64,000 nucleotides of DNA, taken from Octopus sinensis (lineage: Eukaryota). Under the pieces are notes generated by a model. The model saw nothing but the letters and a program-made list of their open reading frames with translations. It was not told the DNA's origin and made no database searches. The stretch covers positions 28,148,001-28,212,000 of the forward strand of contig NC_043015.1 in assembly GCF_006345805.1 (NCBI RefSeq), read 5' to 3'. The position numbers and the translations under genes are program-made. Numbering within the stretch: position 1 is the stretch's first letter; each line of letters starts with the position of its first letter. This document shows, in pieces, positions 61,035 to 64,000 of this stretch.

Positions 61035-61737
61035 AGGTCGACTTTGCCTTTCATCCTTTCGGGGTAGATAAATAAAATACCAGTTTTGCACTGGGGTCGA
61101 TGTAATCGACACTTAATCCCTTCGTCTGTCCTTGTTTGTCCCCTCTGTGTTTAGCCCCTTGTGGGCAGTAAAGAAATAGGTATTTCATCTGCCATTACGT
61201 TCTGAGTTCAAATTCCGCCGAGGTCGACTTTGCCTTTCATCCTTTCGGGGTCGATAAATAAAATACCAGTTTCGCACTGGGGTCGACGTAATCGACACTT
61301 AATCCCTTTGTCTGTCCTTGTTTGTCCCCTCTTTGTTTAGCCCCTTGTGGGTAGTAAAGAAATAGGTATTTCGTCTGTCGTTACGTTCTGAGTTCAAATT
61401 CCGCCGGGGTCGACTTTGCCTTTCATCCTTTCGGGGTCGATAAATTAAGTACCAGTTACGCACTGGGGTCGATGTAATCGACACTTAATCCCTTTGTCTG
61501 TCCTTGTTTGTCCCCTCTGTGTTTAGCTCCTTGTGGGTAGTAAAGAAATAGGTATTTCGTCTGTCGTTACGTTCTGAGTTCAAATTCCGCCGAGGTCGAC
61601 TTTGCCTCTCATCCTTTCGGGGTCGATAAATTAAGTACCAGTTACGCACTGGGGTTGATGTAATCGACACTTAATCCCTTCGTCTGTCCTTGTTTGTCCC
61701 CTCTATGTTTAGCCCCTTGTGAGCAGTAAAGAAATAC
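61035..61737 (+). mobile_element. SINE-B head-to-tail tetramer (first unit 5'-truncated), 186-bp period
   Basis: Junction GAAATA|GGTATTTC three times; CATATTCAG on both outer flanks. Confidence 0.92.
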
Positions 61738-62344
61738 ATATTCAGTTCGTAAAGTGTCACACACTTCACTGTATGAAATGTAAAGCATAAAACAAGCCTA
61801 AAGGGAGATAATTACATGCTGGCTTCCAATGTGCCATTAATACAGTTTATTTCTTCTTATTGACCATCCTATCAAGAACTAAATTATTTAGTCAATACTA
61901 ATTTCCAGTTTTTTTTGTTTTTTTTTACCTCTCGTTCTTCTCTTTTTCATTGGTTGTAATATATGTCAAGTCAGTCAGTAGCATTGGACTACCATTTGAA
62001 ACATTGTTGCATCTATTATCAAGATATATTCACATACAGTTCAATTAGCTGTTAGTAGGTACCATTAGAAAACTATGGCTTACTACTGCAGCAGAGAGAG
62101 AGAGAGAGAGAGAGAGAGAATTTCGTGTAATTAACCTGCTATTTTTAAGATCAAGTCCTACTCGAAGAATGAGCTAAATCTGGTTGACTTTTTCCTATCC
62201 TAGCTACATTACATAATGATGATGTTTTCAATGATTGCTTGATGATTCAGTAAGGTTTTAGGGGCTTGCCCCCACTATAAAAACTTTGTTGCCTTTAGCA
62301 AATGCTGTTAGGTCTTTTGATATATATATATATTATTATATATA

Positions 62345-62735
62345 TATTCTTTTATTCTTTTACTTGTTTCAGTCATTTGACTGCGGCCATGCTGGAGCAC
62401 CGCCTTTAGTCGAGCAAATCGACCCCAGGACTTATTCTTTCCTTTTCCTAGTACTTATTCTATCGGTCTCTTTTGCCGAACCGCTAGGTCACGGGGACGT
62501 AAACACACCAGCATTGGTTGTCAAGCGATTTTAGGGGGACAAACACAGACACACAAACATATACATATATATGACGGGCTTCTTTCAGTTTCCGTCTACC
62601 AAATCCACTCACAAGGCTTTGGTCGGCCCGAGGATATAGTAGAAGACACTTGCCCAAGGTGCCACACAGTGGGACTGAACCCAGAACCATGTGGTTGGTA
62701 AGCAAGCTATTTACCACATAGCCACTCCTACGCCT
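62345..62735 (-). mobile_element. SINE-A full copy
   Basis: Reverse complement of the consensus. Confidence 0.9.
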
Positions 62736-63269
62736 ATATATATATAATTATTAGCGAGGTATTATCAATCCAGGCAAAATTCTTTATAAACTCTCTGTTA
62801 GTACACCACTATTGTTTAGATTAGTAAATAACTCCACATATTCTTGTGGCAGGGTTCAGGATTATAGTTCATCACCATTCTGTATTGTAAATGTATGGTT
62901 GTGTTCCAGTTATACTGGTTTTTACATGGAGTGATGTAGGTACGTGTATTTCGCTTAGGCAGTGAGATACTAACAACCAGGTGAGGAGCTCACTATACAT
63001 ATGTTTCTGAATGAAGCATTAGGGTGTGTACAGAGCAGTAATAAGAAAAGAGATGACAAAAGAACATTTTTATGCCTATTTTTACATTTTAGCTTGGGTG
63101 AAGTACTGTTCTACAACCAAATGCCCTTCCTGTCACTAACCTTTCAATTTTCTTTTCAAATCCAGGATTTGGGATTTCTTTGAAAGAGCGGAGCTAGTGG
63201 ACTGTTTGTTGACAAGAAAGTAATAACACAGTTCACTGCTTGTTGGGCAGAGCTTTTCATGGCAGGCAT

Positions 63270-63442
63270 GGATGTGTGGACTACACTCTCAGAGTGGTTA
63301 GCGTTAGAACGGGCATCCAGCTGTAGAAACTCTGCCAGATCAAGATTGGAGCCTGGTGCAGCCATTTGGTTCGCCAGCCCTCAGTCAAAATCGTCCAACC
63401 CATGCTAGCATGGAAAGCAGACGTTAAACGATGATGATGATG
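63270..63442 (+). mobile_element. Family C 3' fragment
   Basis: Consensus match with (GAT)n tail. Confidence 0.8.
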
Positions 63443-63699
63443 AACACAGGATGTAAAAATTCTCACATTCACACACACACATATGTATATGGATAGATAG
63501 ATAGGCTATGTATGGCTTTTTTTTTTCTCTCAAATTCACTCACAAAGCATAAGTCAGCTCAAGGTTACTGAAGACACTTGTCCATGCAATGGTACTAAAC
63601 CCAAAACCATGCAGTTTGGAAACACAGTTTTAAATGCAATGTCATGCCTGTACCTTAGTCCTCCTTTCTAAACTGTTGAGTGATGGTAGGTTACTTATC

Positions 63700-64000
63700 A
63701 AAATCATCTGAACGTGGCCGATGCCAGTGCCGCCTCGACTGGCTTCTGTGCCGGTGGTACGTAAAAAGCACCATCCAAGCATGGCCGATGCCAGCACTGC
63801 CTTGACTGGCTTCCGTGCCGGTGGCATGTTAAAAGCACCAACCAATCGTGGCCGCTGCCAGACTCCCCTGGCACCTGTGCCAGTGGCACGTAAGAAGCAC
63901 CCACTACACTCACGGAGTGGTTGGTATTAGGAAAGGCATCCAGCTGTAGAAACACTGCCAGATCAGACTGGAGCCTGGTCAAGCCTCCTGGCTCCCCAGG
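63700..64000 (+). mobile_element. Family C copy running off the window end
   Basis: Module array plus core. Confidence 0.8.

Noticed and set aside
61299-61670. Recurrent small ORFs such as MSITSTPVRNWYLIYRPRKDERQ... and MPKVPRSGTEPGTMWLV...
   Set aside because: Antisense translations of SINE-B and SINE-A; they recur only because the SINEs recur.
63169-63230. Acceptor TTTTCAAATCCAG as CMSS1 exon 3
   Set aside because: The phase-0 frame required after exon 2 stops after five codons (DLGFL*).

Overview
Eukaryotic, AT-rich and extremely repeat-dense window. The repeat repertoire (tRNA-derived SINEs with internal (TA)n(TG)n, (GAT)n-tailed RTE 3' ends, large (ATC)n/(GATA)n/(GGT)n tracts) resembles an octopus/cephalopod genome; this is an inference from recollection, not a database result. 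The only host gene I can support is the 5' part of a CMSS1 (cms1 ribosomal small subunit homolog) gene on the + strand: exon 1 at 48491-48566 (MADDLDEEWW...), a 12.3 kb intron 1, and exon 2 at 60835-60941, with the rest beyond the window. The remainder is mostly transposable elements and simple repeats: several SINE families (labelled A, B, D and E here), LINE fragments (Tx1/L1, CR1, RTE, R4/Dong-type), a Gypsy pol fragment and solo LTR, mariner/Tc1/hAT fossils, piggyBac-, MULE- and foldback MITEs, and two Helitrons. Nearly all supplied ORFs are artefacts of microsatellites or SINEs. Most interesting observations: (1) SINE-B shares its 3' tail with a Tx1-type LINE, inserts before an NN-TAT target, and forms head-to-tail ~186 bp concatemers with an identical junction at three independent loci, consistent with self-targeting or template jumping; (2) a 1.2 kb, 18-bp-unit minisatellite with 180-bp higher-order structure grew out of the endonuclease motif of an R4/Dong-type retroelement; (3) two short local inverted duplications; (4) a G-U-rich hairpin and a paired RFX X-box site in otherwise unannotated DNA.
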